The position numbers and the translations under genes were made by a program. Below, piece after piece: positions 1 through 9,567 of a stretch of 64,000 bases of DNA. Each line of letters begins with the position of its first letter. Position 1 is the first letter of the stretch. Origin of the DNA: Candidatus Doudnabacteria bacterium (lineage in GTDB: Bacteria > Patescibacteriota > Doudnabacteria > UBA920 > O2-02-FULL-48-8); NCBI GenBank assembly GCA_039931165.1, contig JBDTSL010000001.1:2214-66213 (forward strand). Direction: 5' to 3'. The notes under the pieces are model-generated. The model saw only the letters and a list, made by a program, of their open reading frames with translations, was not told the DNA's origin and ran no database searches.

Positions 1-289
1 CGTCAATGGGCACTCCCAGCGCGTTAAACATCCGGCCCAGGGTTTCTTTGCCTACGCCGACAGTGATAGGAGCTCCGGTGTCAATCACGTCCAAATATCT
101 TTGCAGTCCGTCTGTGGCTCCCATAGCGATCGTGCGGACTTGCCCCGCGCCTATGTGCTGAGCGACTTCCAAAACCAAAACCTGGCCTTGATTCAACACT
201 TCCAAAGCATTGCGAATCGCCGGCAGGTCTTTCTCGAACTGCACATCCACCACCGCGCCCGTAACTTGTGTGACTTTTCCTTTGTTCAT
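1..289 (-). CDS. atpD: F1 ATP synthase beta subunit, N-terminal part (gene continues past window start)
   Basis: Minus-strand translation from the ATG at 289 reads [65 protein letters not shown]..., a typical beta-subunit N-terminal barrel. It directly follows atpG in operon order. There is no stop because of the window edge. Confidence 0.8.
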   Translation of the reverse strand, partial: MNKGKVTQVTGAVVDVQFEKDLPAIRNALEVLNQGQVLVLEVAQHIGAGQVRTIAMGATDGLQRYLDVIDTGAPITVGVGKETLGRMFNALGVPID

Positions 290-306
290 AAGTTCCTTTC
301 TTGAAT

Positions 307-1218
307 TTAACTTTCCATGGCCAGCTTCGCCGCGCTAATTTCCGACAATTCTCTGGTAATTCCCGCCTGCCTGGCCTGGTTATAACTTAATGACAGGTCT
401 TCCAGCAGGTCGCCTGCGGCTTCATTGGCATTGCGCATGGCCACCATTCGGGCGGAGTGTTCTGAAGCCGACGCCTCGACCAATGCCTGATATACCGTAA
501 ACTCGATGGTTTTGGTAATTAAGCTCTCTAGGACTTGGTCAGCATCTGGTTCAAACAGAAACTCTGCGCGCTGAGCGCTCAGCGCTGAGCGCTCATTGGC
601 AAAGGGTAACAATTGAAGCATATTCGGCTTTTGAACCAATGTCGAAACAAAATCCGAATATATCAAAAGCACCTTTTCATATTTTCCGCCAGAGGCGGAC
701 CCGCCTACAGCGGGATTAACTCCTAAATATTCTTGCATGGCTATTTGTGAGATTGGCCGGGCATCCAGAGAGTTAACTTTATCTTTAGCAGAAAATGAAG
801 CGATGATGTTTAAGTTCAATCGGCGAACGGCATCCGCGGCTTTTTTCCCGACCGTTATGAAGTCAAATTTTTCGCTACCTTCCTCCTTCATCAGGTTAAC
901 GGTTTTATTTATGACATTAGTATTGAACGCGCCGGCTAATCCGCGGTCGGACGAGATCACAATCGCCAAGATCCGCTTAGGCGCCGCTTGCGGTTTAGAA
1001 AGCGGGCGATTCAGCAGCGGATGCTTGCCGGTGTCGGTAAATGCCGAGATATTGCTCAAAAGTTTGGAAGACAAAATTGCGTAAGGTCTGGATGCGGTGG
1101 CCAATATTTGAGCTTTGCGCATTTTTGCAGCCGAAACCAGCTCCATGGCCTTAGTGATCTGACCGATGTTAGTGATCGATTTTATACGCCGCTTGATTTC
1201 TCTGCTGTTCGATGCCAT
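307..1218 (-). CDS. atpG: F1 ATP synthase gamma subunit
   Basis: 303 aa beginning [37 protein letters not shown], a gamma-subunit N-terminal helix. It sits between alpha and beta in canonical operon order. Confidence 0.9.
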   Translation of the reverse strand: MASNSREIKRRIKSITNIGQITKAMELVSAAKMRKAQILATASRPYAILSSKLLSNISAFTDTGKHPLLNRPLSKPQAAPKRILAIVISSDRGLAGAFNTNVINKTVNLMKEEGSEKFDFITVGKKAADAVRRLNLNIIASFSAKDKVNSLDARPISQIAMQEYLGVNPAVGGSASGGKYEKVLLIYSDFVSTLVQKPNMLQLLPFANERSALSAQRAEFLFEPDADQVLESLITKTIEFTVYQALVEASASEHSARMVAMRNANEAAGDLLEDLSLSYNQARQAGITRELSEISAAKLAMES

Positions 1219-2744
1219 TAATTATACCCTTTCTTAAAATCCTCAATTGCTTTCTTGAGTTCAGCTTCTGTTTTTTCTTTCAACTCTTTTTCCGTCGCGA
1301 TTGCTTTCAGCAAATCTTTTTTCTGTATATCCAAAAACTTATGGAAATTATTTTCCCAGTCTTTGACCTTTTCAACAGCCACATCGTCCAGATAACCATT
1401 AATGGCGGCATACAATATTACCACTTGATGCTCCACAGCCATGGGCTCAAACTGATCTTGCTTGAGTATTTCCGTGATCCTAAGCCCCAGGTCAATGCGG
1501 GCTTTGGTCTGAGCATCCAGATCGGAAGCCAGCTGAGTAAAGGCGGCCAGAGCGCGGAACTGAGCCAGATCCAGACGCAATTTTCCGGCAACTTTTTTCA
1601 TAGCTTTTATCTGCGCCGCGGAGCCGACGCGGGAAACGGAAATACCGACGTTTAAAGCAGGCCTGATGCCCTGATAAAACAAATCGCTTTCCAGGAAGAT
1701 CTGTCCGTCGGTAATGGAAATGACATTGGTCGGAATGTAGGCGGACACGTCCCCGGCCTGCGTTTCAATTATGGGCAATGCGGTCAGAGAACCTGCGCCT
1801 TTTTCTTTATTCAATTTGGCCGCACGCTCGAGAAGCCGGGAATGCAGATAAAACACATCGCCGGGGTATGCTTCGCGTCCCGGTGGCCTTCTTAAGAGCA
1901 AAGAAATTTCACGATAAGAAACCGCGTGCCTGGACAGATCATCGTAAACTATCAAAGCGTGTTTGCCCTGGTCCATAAAATACTCGCCCATGGCGCATCC
2001 GGCAAATGGGGCGATATACGAGAGCGCTGCCGGGTCGGAGGCGCCCGCCACTACAATAATGGTGTTTTTCATGGCATCGCGCTGTTCCAGTTCCGCCACG
2101 ATGCGCGCGATCTTTGATTCCTTCTGTCCGATAGCGACATAGATGCTGATCACACCTTTGTCTTTTTGGTTGATGATAGTATCGATGGCGATTGCCGTTT
2201 TACCGGTTTGCCGGTCCCCAATGATCAGTTCGCGCTGGCCGCGGCCGATCGGGATCATGGCGTCAATTGCTTTAATGCCGGTTTGCAAAGGCTCATTCAC
2301 GGATTGTCTTTCAATAACTCCGGGAGCGATCTTTTCCACCGGGTAATACACCAAGGTGGATTTCCCGCCAGAGGCGGGTCCGCCTTCGGCGGATATCGGT
2401 CCTTTGTTATCCAGAGGCTCACCTAAAGGATTTACCACTCGTCCGATCAACCCCACCCCCACCGGAACCGATAAAATTTTGCCTGTTGCCGTGACCTTAT
2501 CTCCTTGCTTGATGTTCGTATCGTCACCCAGTAAAATGACGCCGATCGAATCCTGGTCCAAATTCAGGGCAACGCCGATCACTCCGCCTGCAAATTCCAA
2601 CATTTCCGAAGCTTTGACACTGGAAAGCCCGGCAACGCGGGCAATGCCGTCGCCTACGCTTAAGACAATCCCGACTGTTTCAAGTTTGGCGTTGGCCTGA
2701 AAATTATCGATCCGATTTTTGAGTTGTGTAAGTATGTCGGGCAT
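1218..2744 (-). CDS. atpA: F1 ATP synthase alpha subunit
   Basis: 508 aa with a Walker A GDRQTGKT, plus [10 protein letters not shown] and ALIVYDDLS motifs. Confidence 0.95.
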   Translation of the reverse strand: MPDILTQLKNRIDNFQANAKLETVGIVLSVGDGIARVAGLSSVKASEMLEFAGGVIGVALNLDQDSIGVILLGDDTNIKQGDKVTATGKILSVPVGVGLIGRVVNPLGEPLDNKGPISAEGGPASGGKSTLVYYPVEKIAPGVIERQSVNEPLQTGIKAIDAMIPIGRGQRELIIGDRQTGKTAIAIDTIINQKDKGVISIYVAIGQKESKIARIVAELEQRDAMKNTIIVVAGASDPAALSYIAPFAGCAMGEYFMDQGKHALIVYDDLSRHAVSYREISLLLRRPPGREAYPGDVFYLHSRLLERAAKLNKEKGAGSLTALPIIETQAGDVSAYIPTNVISITDGQIFLESDLFYQGIRPALNVGISVSRVGSAAQIKAMKKVAGKLRLDLAQFRALAAFTQLASDLDAQTKARIDLGLRITEILKQDQFEPMAVEHQVVILYAAINGYLDDVAVEKVKDWENNFHKFLDIQKKDLLKAIATEKELKEKTEAELKKAIEDFKKGYN

Positions 2745-2752
2745 ATACGTTA

Positions 2753-3151
2753 TTAATTACTTAATTCCTTCTTTAATTGTTCCAAATTATTCTTAACCGA
2801 GGCATCGAGAATCTGATCGTCCATTCTTATTATCACTCCGCCGATCAATTGCTCATCGATTTGTTTTTTTACCTCGACTTTTCCGTTGACCAGCCTGTTA
2901 AGCTGATCCACGATTTCCTGTTCATTCTGTTTGTTCAAAGGATGCGCTGAAGTTATCTGAGCTTGTTTTATGCCCTTTCTCGCCAGGTCCAGTTTGTGAA
3001 ATTCTGAGCTTATCTCGTCAAATAATCGTAAATCGTTATTTTCCGCAAGGACTTTGACAAAATTATCCAAAACCGTGCTTTCATCCTGGGGTCTTGCGCT
3101 TTCAATCGCTTCTAACAGCGCCTGGGCATATTGTTTGGCGGCATACTTCAT
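2753..3151 (-). CDS. atpH: ATP synthase delta (OSCP) subunit, short form
   Basis: 132 aa with an OSCP-like C-terminus [18 protein letters not shown]. Its position between atpF and atpA fits the operon. Confidence 0.75.
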   Translation of the reverse strand: MKYAAKQYAQALLEAIESARPQDESTVLDNFVKVLAENNDLRLFDEISSEFHKLDLARKGIKQAQITSAHPLNKQNEQEIVDQLNRLVNGKVEVKKQIDEQLIGGVIIRMDDQILDASVKNNLEQLKKELSN

Positions 3152-3642
3152 TTGATTTGCCTGACACTTTCGTTGATTAATTCATGGTCTGTCTTGGAAT
3201 CAAGCTTGCCTCGCAAAATCTTTTCGGACGTTGCCACTACCAGCGTGGCGATTTCCTGTTTTATTTCTTTCAGCATCCGGGTTTTTTCGTTTTCAACGCT
3301 TGATTTTGCCTGTTCCATAACTTTACGCGCCTGGTTCTGAGCCTCGACAATAGTCTCCTGTTTGATCTTGGTCGCGGTGTCCGCGGTCGTTCGCAAGATC
3401 TTGTCAGCCTCGGCGCGGACTTTTTTCATCTCCTGGGTTTTCCATGCATCAAATTTTTTCTTTTCTTCGTCCAGACGGTCGGCATTTTTCAAGCCTTCTT
3501 CAATCCTCTCGGTCCGCTTGGTCAAAGTCGCGCCCAAAGGCTTAACCACCCATTTCCAGAAAATAAACAAAATAATGCTGAAGTTGATCAGCTGTGCCAA
3601 AAACAATTTCCAATTGATTCCAAGTGTTCCTAAAACTTCCAT
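3148..3642 (-). CDS. atpF: ATP synthase Fo subunit b
   Basis: 164 aa with a single N-terminal TM helix and a long charged coiled coil, in operon position. Confidence 0.8.
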   Translation of the reverse strand: MEVLGTLGINWKLFLAQLINFSIILFIFWKWVVKPLGATLTKRTERIEEGLKNADRLDEEKKKFDAWKTQEMKKVRAEADKILRTTADTATKIKQETIVEAQNQARKVMEQAKSSVENEKTRMLKEIKQEIATLVVATSEKILRGKLDSKTDHELINESVRQIK

Positions 3643-3657
3643 AAAATTTAGTTAATT

Positions 3658-3718
3658 AGCGTACAGCGTATAGCGTAAAGCGTATAGATCTAAACCCTAT
3701 ACGCTAAACCCTAAACGC
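3658..3718 (+). repeat. Family-2 GCGTATAG-hairpin element, copy 1 (abuts atpE stop)
   Basis: AGCGTACAGCGTATAGCGTAAAGCGTATAG-ATCTAAACC-CTATACGC-TAAACCCTAAACGC. About 90 percent identical to the reverse complement of 17460-17520. Confidence 0.7.
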
Positions 3719-3719
3719 T

Positions 3720-3956
<237 letters not shown>

Positions 3957-4051
3957 TTAATCGACTGGTTTGTTATATTTAAAGTCGTTCGTAAGAGTTA
4001 AAAGTTCAGAAACAGAAACCTATCGACTGTAAGTCTCTGTAGCCTAAACTA

Positions 4052-4888
4052 TTACCCGCCCGACTGAACGACGTCAGTCGTTCGGGCGGGATGGCTGGTT
4101 TCGTGAACCGGTGCCGTGGCCATTGTCAGATAAACCAGGGTTAGCATGGAGAACACCAAGGCCTGGATCAATCCCACAATCAACTCCAAAAAAATAAACG
4201 GCAGCGGCAAAAAATACGCGAACAATCCGGCCATAATGGTCAGCAGTACTTCGCCTGCGAAAATATTCCCGAACAGCCGGAACGACAAAGAAACCAGCTT
4301 TGCAACCTCCGAAATAATCTCCAGAAAACCCACGCCAAACTCGATGATCGCTGTCATGATGCTTACTGGGCCTTTGCCGAAAGACTTAAACAAATCTCCT
4401 AGTTTGATAAATTTGTTGGCGTACCGAAAAAATCCAATTACGGCCACTCCCATAATGTGCGAAACCAACACAGCGAACACTGCCATGGCCAAAGTCAGAT
4501 TAAGGTCGCTGTTGGCTGAGCGCAGCAGCGGCACCAGTTCGGTTTTACCCTCAACCATCAGATACCTGCCGATTGAGCCTGTGCCCGGTAGCAGGCCCAG
4601 ATAGTTTGAAAATAAAATAAACAGAAACATTCCGCCGATTACCGGCAGGACTTGCAAAGATTTTTGCCTGTTATGGGTCACCTGGTCGATGTAGCCTAGC
4701 ATAAACTCCAAGATACTTTCGGCAAAGTTCTGGAAGCCTTTTGGGATCAGATCCGTCTTTTTGCGCAAAATAAAGCCAACGATCAGGAATACTACAACCG
4801 CAATAGATGAGTTAATGTAAGCATTCGTCACCGGAAATTGACCAATATGTAATATTGACTCTGCGACTAGTGGAGGTATAGCGGTCAT
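4052..4888 (-). CDS. atpB: ATP synthase Fo subunit a
   Basis: 278 aa polytopic membrane protein with a conserved Arg-containing helix (LSFRLFGNIFAGE) and the ELIVGLIQALVFSMLT motif. The last ~15 codons run through a GC-rich nested palindrome at 4056-4092. Confidence 0.85.
   Translation of the reverse strand: MTAIPPLVAESILHIGQFPVTNAYINSSIAVVVFLIVGFILRKKTDLIPKGFQNFAESILEFMLGYIDQVTHNRQKSLQVLPVIGGMFLFILFSNYLGLLPGTGSIGRYLMVEGKTELVPLLRSANSDLNLTLAMAVFAVLVSHIMGVAVIGFFRYANKFIKLGDLFKSFGKGPVSIMTAIIEFGVGFLEIISEVAKLVSLSFRLFGNIFAGEVLLTIMAGLFAYFLPLPFIFLELIVGLIQALVFSMLTLVYLTMATAPVHETSHPARTTDVVQSGG
4056..4092. other. GC-rich nested palindrome (cccgcccg...gaacgac-gtca-gtcgttc-gggcggg) inside the last codons of atpB
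   Basis: Two nested stems of 7-8 bp read directly from the sequence. Confidence 0.5.
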
Positions 4889-5154
4889 TTGATGTACTTT
4901 TTTAATCTATAAGTTAACCACGCCGTGGTACTCGCGATTGCCAAGACTATACCGATTAAAGTAACCCAGGGCAGCGTGTGATGCATGTTGTTGTCGATCC
5001 ATTTGCCCAAAAGCGCCAAAACCACGAGTGGAATCGCGATTATATAACCCAGCTCAAAGCTTAAGCTGATGAGAGCTGCTTTATCGAGTTTTTTGGGTTT
5101 TTGTAGAGGTGATTCCATATTGAAGCGCGTAAATTCTAACAAAAAAAGCCTCAT
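4885..5154 (-). CDS. Small two-TM membrane protein, possible ATP synthase protein I/AtpZ-like
   Basis: 89 aa hydrophobic protein immediately upstream of atpB, overlapping its start. Assignment is by position and size only. Confidence 0.4.
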   Translation of the reverse strand: MRLFLLEFTRFNMESPLQKPKKLDKAALISLSFELGYIIAIPLVVLALLGKWIDNNMHHTLPWVTLIGIVLAIASTTAWLTYRLKKYIK

Positions 5155-5200
5155 TTGGCAATAGCGAAAAAAAACAGCACCCTTGACTTTTAAGAAATCA

Positions 5201-6877
5201 TCATTGAATTAGATCCGAAAACACCACCAGCCGTTGAGGATAACTGTTGGTGATTTTATTAAAATCGCCGATGCAGGTAATAAGAATAAGACGGTTACCT
5301 CCGTTTGAAACAAAAATATCCGAAGCATCCGCTTTTGCTTCGTAGAAACGGCGCTCTCTGACCTCAAATACAAAAGAAACTCCCCTGTCGTCTACCACCG
5401 ACATCGTTTGGCCTACAGTTACATTTTTCAGATTATCAAAAATCGCGGTCTGTCCGCCCGACCAAATCCCGCTATGGCCGTCTATAACGGCATTGCCCGG
5501 CTGGCCAGGTCGAGGGCCCAAATTAAACCATCCGACATGGGCGCGGCCCGCGGCTGTATCCATGGCTCCGGCCGCTGTCAAACCGACTTGCTCGATCGCG
5601 GCATTGACCCTGATGCTGGGAATTTTCAAAAAAGCCGGCAGTCCGCTGGGAATTGGTTTCGGCACAGGGATAGGTTTGGGGGTGGTTGTATTTGGAAGCG
5701 TCGGAGTTGGAATAGGTACCGGAGTGGGAACCGGAGCGATTGGGACCGGCACAATCGCTACGGGGTTACTGAGCGAAGGACTGGGCAGAACTGAGAGAGG
5801 TTGACCGCTAAAATAACTGTTAACCAGAAAGTACGCGAGCAGGCAGATCAGGGATCCGACAACAATAATCACCATCAGTGTTTTTTGTTTTCTTAACCCT
5901 GCCCACAGCGCAAGCAAGCCGGATATTGCCGCAAACGAGATTACAATTGCCCAATTCGTGGGATTGCTTGAACCGGGATCGGTTGCCACACCGGCCGTAA
6001 TATCAAAAAGATTTGGCGGAGTCGGCAACAGATCCGTGCTCGGAAAATCCGGAGCCCGGACCATGCCCGGCACAGCCACTATAACATTTATGGAAACTTT
6101 ATCCATCGCGGCCAGACCATTGGCGATCCCTTCGGCAGTAGCGATACTCTTCGCGTTTGCGGTAAGTTTAACTGAGCAGGTGTATATCCAAGACTCGCCG
6201 GCGTTAAGCAGTTTGTCGCTGTTGGCATCACCCGTTGGTCCTATTACGGACTGGCATTGATCGTCAGAAACGCTGATTCTGCCAATCGGGGCAATTCCCG
6301 GGTTCGAAACCTTATAAGTATACGTTACAAGTCCGCCGCCGAAGGGCAGGACAAACTGATCGGGTTGCGCTACAAGATGAATCAAAGGAGGAATTATGGG
6401 TTCGCTGACCACCACCGTGGCACTGGAGATGGCTGTCGCTGTCAGACCGACAGAATTGCCTGTGGCGGTGGCTGTATTGGTTGTGGTCCGGCCGATCTGA
6501 GTCGTACACCGGTATAACCAAATTTCGTTTGTATCGAGAATCAGATTAAGATTGGGGTCGCCGGAAACAAAACTTACCGAAGCGCATCTGTCGTCAGCAA
6601 CCTTTAAATTATGCACGCCGACTGTTCCGGCATTGGCAACCTTAAAAGTATAAGTGACCAATCCTGGACCTGCGGGCAAAGTCAGCGGGTTTGGCACTTC
6701 CGTAAGGGAAATCAGCGGAGGAATAGCGATAATACTGGCTTGATCCACAGTAGGGTTTGTTTGTATTTGCGCATTTGCGTACATGGCGCCGCACAACACG
6801 ACGAACAAAATCGGCAGGACCAAAAATGCGAACTTGGCAAAAATTCTTTTAGCACGCATGTTCTCGATATGTTTCAT
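5201..6877 (-). CDS. Fusion protein: signal peptide + two DUF11-like repeat domains + sorting-signal-like segment (FPSTD, TM, RKQK) + Pro-rich linker + C-terminal sortase domain
   Basis: The N-terminal 330 aa parallel the C-terminal halves of the adhesins at 7959-11169, with LTLPAGPGLVTYTFKV...VADDRC and LVTYTYKVSNPG repeats. The C-terminal ~190 aa carry the sortase catalytic triad: His in AVIDGH, Cys in LILITC, Arg in QRLVVF. They align with the neighbouring sortase at 6909-7859. Confidence 0.7.
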   Translation of the reverse strand: MKHIENMRAKRIFAKFAFLVLPILFVVLCGAMYANAQIQTNPTVDQASIIAIPPLISLTEVPNPLTLPAGPGLVTYTFKVANAGTVGVHNLKVADDRCASVSFVSGDPNLNLILDTNEIWLYRCTTQIGRTTTNTATATGNSVGLTATAISSATVVVSEPIIPPLIHLVAQPDQFVLPFGGGLVTYTYKVSNPGIAPIGRISVSDDQCQSVIGPTGDANSDKLLNAGESWIYTCSVKLTANAKSIATAEGIANGLAAMDKVSINVIVAVPGMVRAPDFPSTDLLPTPPNLFDITAGVATDPGSSNPTNWAIVISFAAISGLLALWAGLRKQKTLMVIIVVGSLICLLAYFLVNSYFSGQPLSVLPSPSLSNPVAIVPVPIAPVPTPVPIPTPTLPNTTTPKPIPVPKPIPSGLPAFLKIPSIRVNAAIEQVGLTAAGAMDTAAGRAHVGWFNLGPRPGQPGNAVIDGHSGIWSGGQTAIFDNLKNVTVGQTMSVVDDRGVSFVFEVRERRFYEAKADASDIFVSNGGNRLILITCIGDFNKITNSYPQRLVVFSDLIQ

Positions 6878-6908
6878 GGTGTATATTATTAATGATCAGC
6901 TTTATTGC

Positions 6909-7859
6909 TTACAAGACTATATAAGAGTTAAGTATTTTTCTCGTGGCCGGGCCGACATTGCCTAAAACATCAAGACCGTTATCCTTCTGAAATTCTCTGA
7001 CCGCGCTCTGCGTTTCGGTTTGGAAAGAATCGGAGAGCGGCGAATTGAGAGGAATATATCCCAAACATTTAAGAAGACTCTGAAGCAATACCACTTGGGA
7101 GCCGCTACTGCCGATTTTCAATGGACCGGTGAAAGATTCAGCCAGACCACAAGGCCCAGTTTCGTTGGCCGCGGCAGGAAGAGAATATAGCCCGGCCGGT
7201 ATTGGAGGTCCTTCCGCTACTGCCGGCGCCTCGGTCCGGACTCCCGCCACTTCCCCATCCACAAGATCCGCGAATACCACAAACCGTTTAGAGTAGGTTT
7301 TTTTCGATTTATCCCAGACCCCGGCGCAAGTAACAAGATTAAGATGCGCGCCGCTGTCAGACGAATAAACTTCCGGGACCTTGGCGTCAAAATCATAAAA
7401 TCTGGTCTCCCGCACCGCAAAAGGCACGGATTCTCCGTTTTCCGTCAGGATCTGCACCATATCTCCTTTGACCAGCTTATTTAGATTATAAAATACGGCC
7501 GCCTTCCCGTTGGTCCAATCCAAATGGCCTGCGATGACCGAACTGCCCTCCTGACCCGGTTTGGGTCCTTGATCATACCACCCGACATCCTCGGGGCGCT
7601 TAGGCACGTCCATTGCGCCGCCCGCTGTTTCACCCACATTCTCTATGGCGGCGTCGACATTTAAACTCGGGATCACTAAACGCAACGGCTGTCCGTAATC
7701 CGCGGGTTGGTCTTTTATGCCCGCCAGCACAGGAGCGCTGGCTATCTGTTTAGCCGGAGTTTTATCATAATCAAGAGCATACCGTAAAAACAGCAGGAGG
7801 CATATCGCGAATCCGGCCACTAGGATCACGGAGAATTGTTTGCTAAAAAATGTTTTCAT
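6909..7859 (-). CDS. Sortase (transpeptidase) with C-terminal peptidoglycan-binding domain
   Basis: N-terminal TM anchor, His in SVIAGH, Cys in LNLVTC, Arg in KRFVVF. The C-terminal ~60 aa (LQSLLKCLGY...FQTETQSAVREFQKDNGLDVLGNVGPATRKIL) look like a PG_binding_1-type domain. Confidence 0.75.
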   Translation of the reverse strand: MKTFFSKQFSVILVAGFAICLLLFLRYALDYDKTPAKQIASAPVLAGIKDQPADYGQPLRLVIPSLNVDAAIENVGETAGGAMDVPKRPEDVGWYDQGPKPGQEGSSVIAGHLDWTNGKAAVFYNLNKLVKGDMVQILTENGESVPFAVRETRFYDFDAKVPEVYSSDSGAHLNLVTCAGVWDKSKKTYSKRFVVFADLVDGEVAGVRTEAPAVAEGPPIPAGLYSLPAAANETGPCGLAESFTGPLKIGSSGSQVVLLQSLLKCLGYIPLNSPLSDSFQTETQSAVREFQKDNGLDVLGNVGPATRKILNSYIVL

Positions 7860-7958
7860 TCCGAGAAAATATCTTCAAGGACATTATATCAGAAAAGCCG
7901 GACAACCTGACCTAAGACAGGTTCATCCGGCAATTTGGACTTGCAGTGTCTAACTCTA

Positions 7959-9548
7959 CTATTTTCCCGCACGAATTCGCTTTCGGTCAAATTTTCTTCG
8001 GTAAATATAAAGCAGGAACAAAGCTCCGATTATTCCGACCGGAAAAATAATTTTCCATGGGGTGCTATGATCCGCGCTCAGCCCTGTACTTGGAAACGCA
8101 GGAACTTCTGTGGCCGGCAACGCAGGCGGCGCAACCACCACAGTAGCGAACGCAAGATCAGTGGCAGTTATGCCATTGGCCGTGCCGGAGGCTGTGGCAG
8201 TGTTCAGGGTCGTGGCAGTGAGATTTGAGATACAGGTAAAGCTCCAGCTCTCGGTCGGTTCGAGCAGATTGTTTTGATTGATATCTCCCGGGTGTCCTAC
8301 AACTCTACCGGGTAAGCCTGTGCATTTGTTATCAGTAACAGTTACATCACTTAAAGCCACGGTACCCGGGTTGGTGACGGTATATCTGTAAGTAACCGCT
8401 CCGCCGCCTGCCGGCAGTGTGAAAGGATAAGGGATCTTTACCACATGGATCAAAGGAGGAACGACGGCAGCGCCGACGACAACTGTTGCGGTGGCTGTGT
8501 CGGTAGAGCTTAGTCCCAGAGAGAATCCTGTGGCTGTGACGGTATTTGTATGAGTGGCGGCTAGGGTCGTGGCGCAGTTGTATATCCAGACTTCAGTCAG
8601 ATCCAGCGCGCCGTTGGCATTGGTATCGCCGGAGACAAAGTTTACCGGGCCACAGCTGTCATCGGTCACTCTGACAGTGGACATCGGGACAGTTCCGATG
8701 TTACGGACAGAGTAAGTGTAGGTCACGAGCCCGGGACCGCTGGGCAATGATAATGGGCTGGGTACTTTTAGGACATCGATCAGCGGTGGGACCGGGACCG
8801 GGCCTCCGGGGCCGGCGGGCGGTGTGCCTGATGAACATGAGTCAGAAATAGCATTAGTCTGCAACGTTACTTCACCAACCAAAGCTAAGGCGCGGCCAAT
8901 CAAACTTGCGCCGGTGGCTAATGTAATATCGCCAGAGTTTGTGATAATGGTTCCCTTGATCTGTGAGCCGGTACCGATGTTCATAGCTATCGGAACCTGC
9001 CAATATACATCGCAGGCGCTAGCTCCATTGGTTACCGCAACAGTAGTACCTCCGCTATCAGTGATACTGGACGTACTGCTGAAAATGTAGACGCCGGCGC
9101 CATCAAGAGTAATGGTGCCGCCGGTCATAACTCCCGCGGCTACATCATAAACTCCTGGGGTGATCGTTACATTCCCTGACAAAGTTTGGGCTGGTCCAGG
9201 CCCTTGAGCCGCAAGTTGCCCATACGCAGTAAGCGCATCGGCTTCGGGAGTATTCACTGTAGGAGCAACATCATATCCTGCCGCGATTCCCGGACCCGCT
9301 GTATCAGCGAATCCTACGTTCGAGCTATCAGACCCGACACGTCCCGAAAGTACCGATAAGCCTGTATTTGTCACCCCCGCTTTACCAAGAGCCGAATAGG
9401 CAGCAGACGCTCCGAGGGTTGGCGCTACGCCTGTAACGGCATAAACAGTAGTGCCTTTCATTACAAACATTCCAGCCACCAAGGTCACTAAAAGAAATCC
9501 AACAAATAACGTTTTATTGTATTTTTTTGTTGTTCGTTTTTTTATCAC
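7959..9548 (-). CDS. Sortase-substrate surface protein A: signal peptide + ice-binding-like (DUF3494-type) beta-helix + two DUF11 repeats + C-terminal sorting signal (LPATE/FPSTG, TM, RRKFDRKRIRAGK)
   Basis: The N-terminal region has Gly/Thr/Ser-rich beta-solenoid repeats. Its C-terminal 240 aa are near-identical to the paralog at 9568-11169. It ends in a hydrophobic helix plus a basic tail. Confidence 0.65.
   Translation of the reverse strand: MIKKRTTKKYNKTLFVGFLLVTLVAGMFVMKGTTVYAVTGVAPTLGASAAYSALGKAGVTNTGLSVLSGRVGSDSSNVGFADTAGPGIAAGYDVAPTVNTPEADALTAYGQLAAQGPGPAQTLSGNVTITPGVYDVAAGVMTGGTITLDGAGVYIFSSTSSITDSGGTTVAVTNGASACDVYWQVPIAMNIGTGSQIKGTIITNSGDITLATGASLIGRALALVGEVTLQTNAISDSCSSGTPPAGPGGPVPVPPLIDVLKVPSPLSLPSGPGLVTYTYSVRNIGTVPMSTVRVTDDSCGPVNFVSGDTNANGALDLTEVWIYNCATTLAATHTNTVTATGFSLGLSSTDTATATVVVGAAVVPPLIHVVKIPYPFTLPAGGGAVTYRYTVTNPGTVALSDVTVTDNKCTGLPGRVVGHPGDINQNNLLEPTESWSFTCISNLTATTLNTATASGTANGITATDLAFATVVVAPPALPATEVPAFPSTGLSADHSTPWKIIFPVGIIGALFLLYIYRRKFDRKRIRAGK
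8136..8832. repeat. About 700-bp near-identical segment shared with 9725-10421 (the DUF11-repeat halves of adhesins A and B), offset 1589 bp
   Basis: Long identical runs were read directly, for example ccaccacagtagcgaacgcaagatcagtggcagttatgccattggccgtgccggaggctgtggcagtg. There is one short divergent patch near 8715-8760 versus 10318-10360. Confidence 0.85.
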
Positions 9549-9567
9549 GAATCCCAGTTTTATTTTA

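Noticed and set aside
101-304. 67-aa plus-strand ORF at the window start
   Set aside because: It lies antisense to the clearly recognisable atpD N-terminus and has no motif support.
3690-3718. CCCTAAA-like tandem units (telomere-like repeat) in family-2 elements
   Set aside because: Only two units are present, and it is part of the larger hairpin element. A coincidental resemblance.
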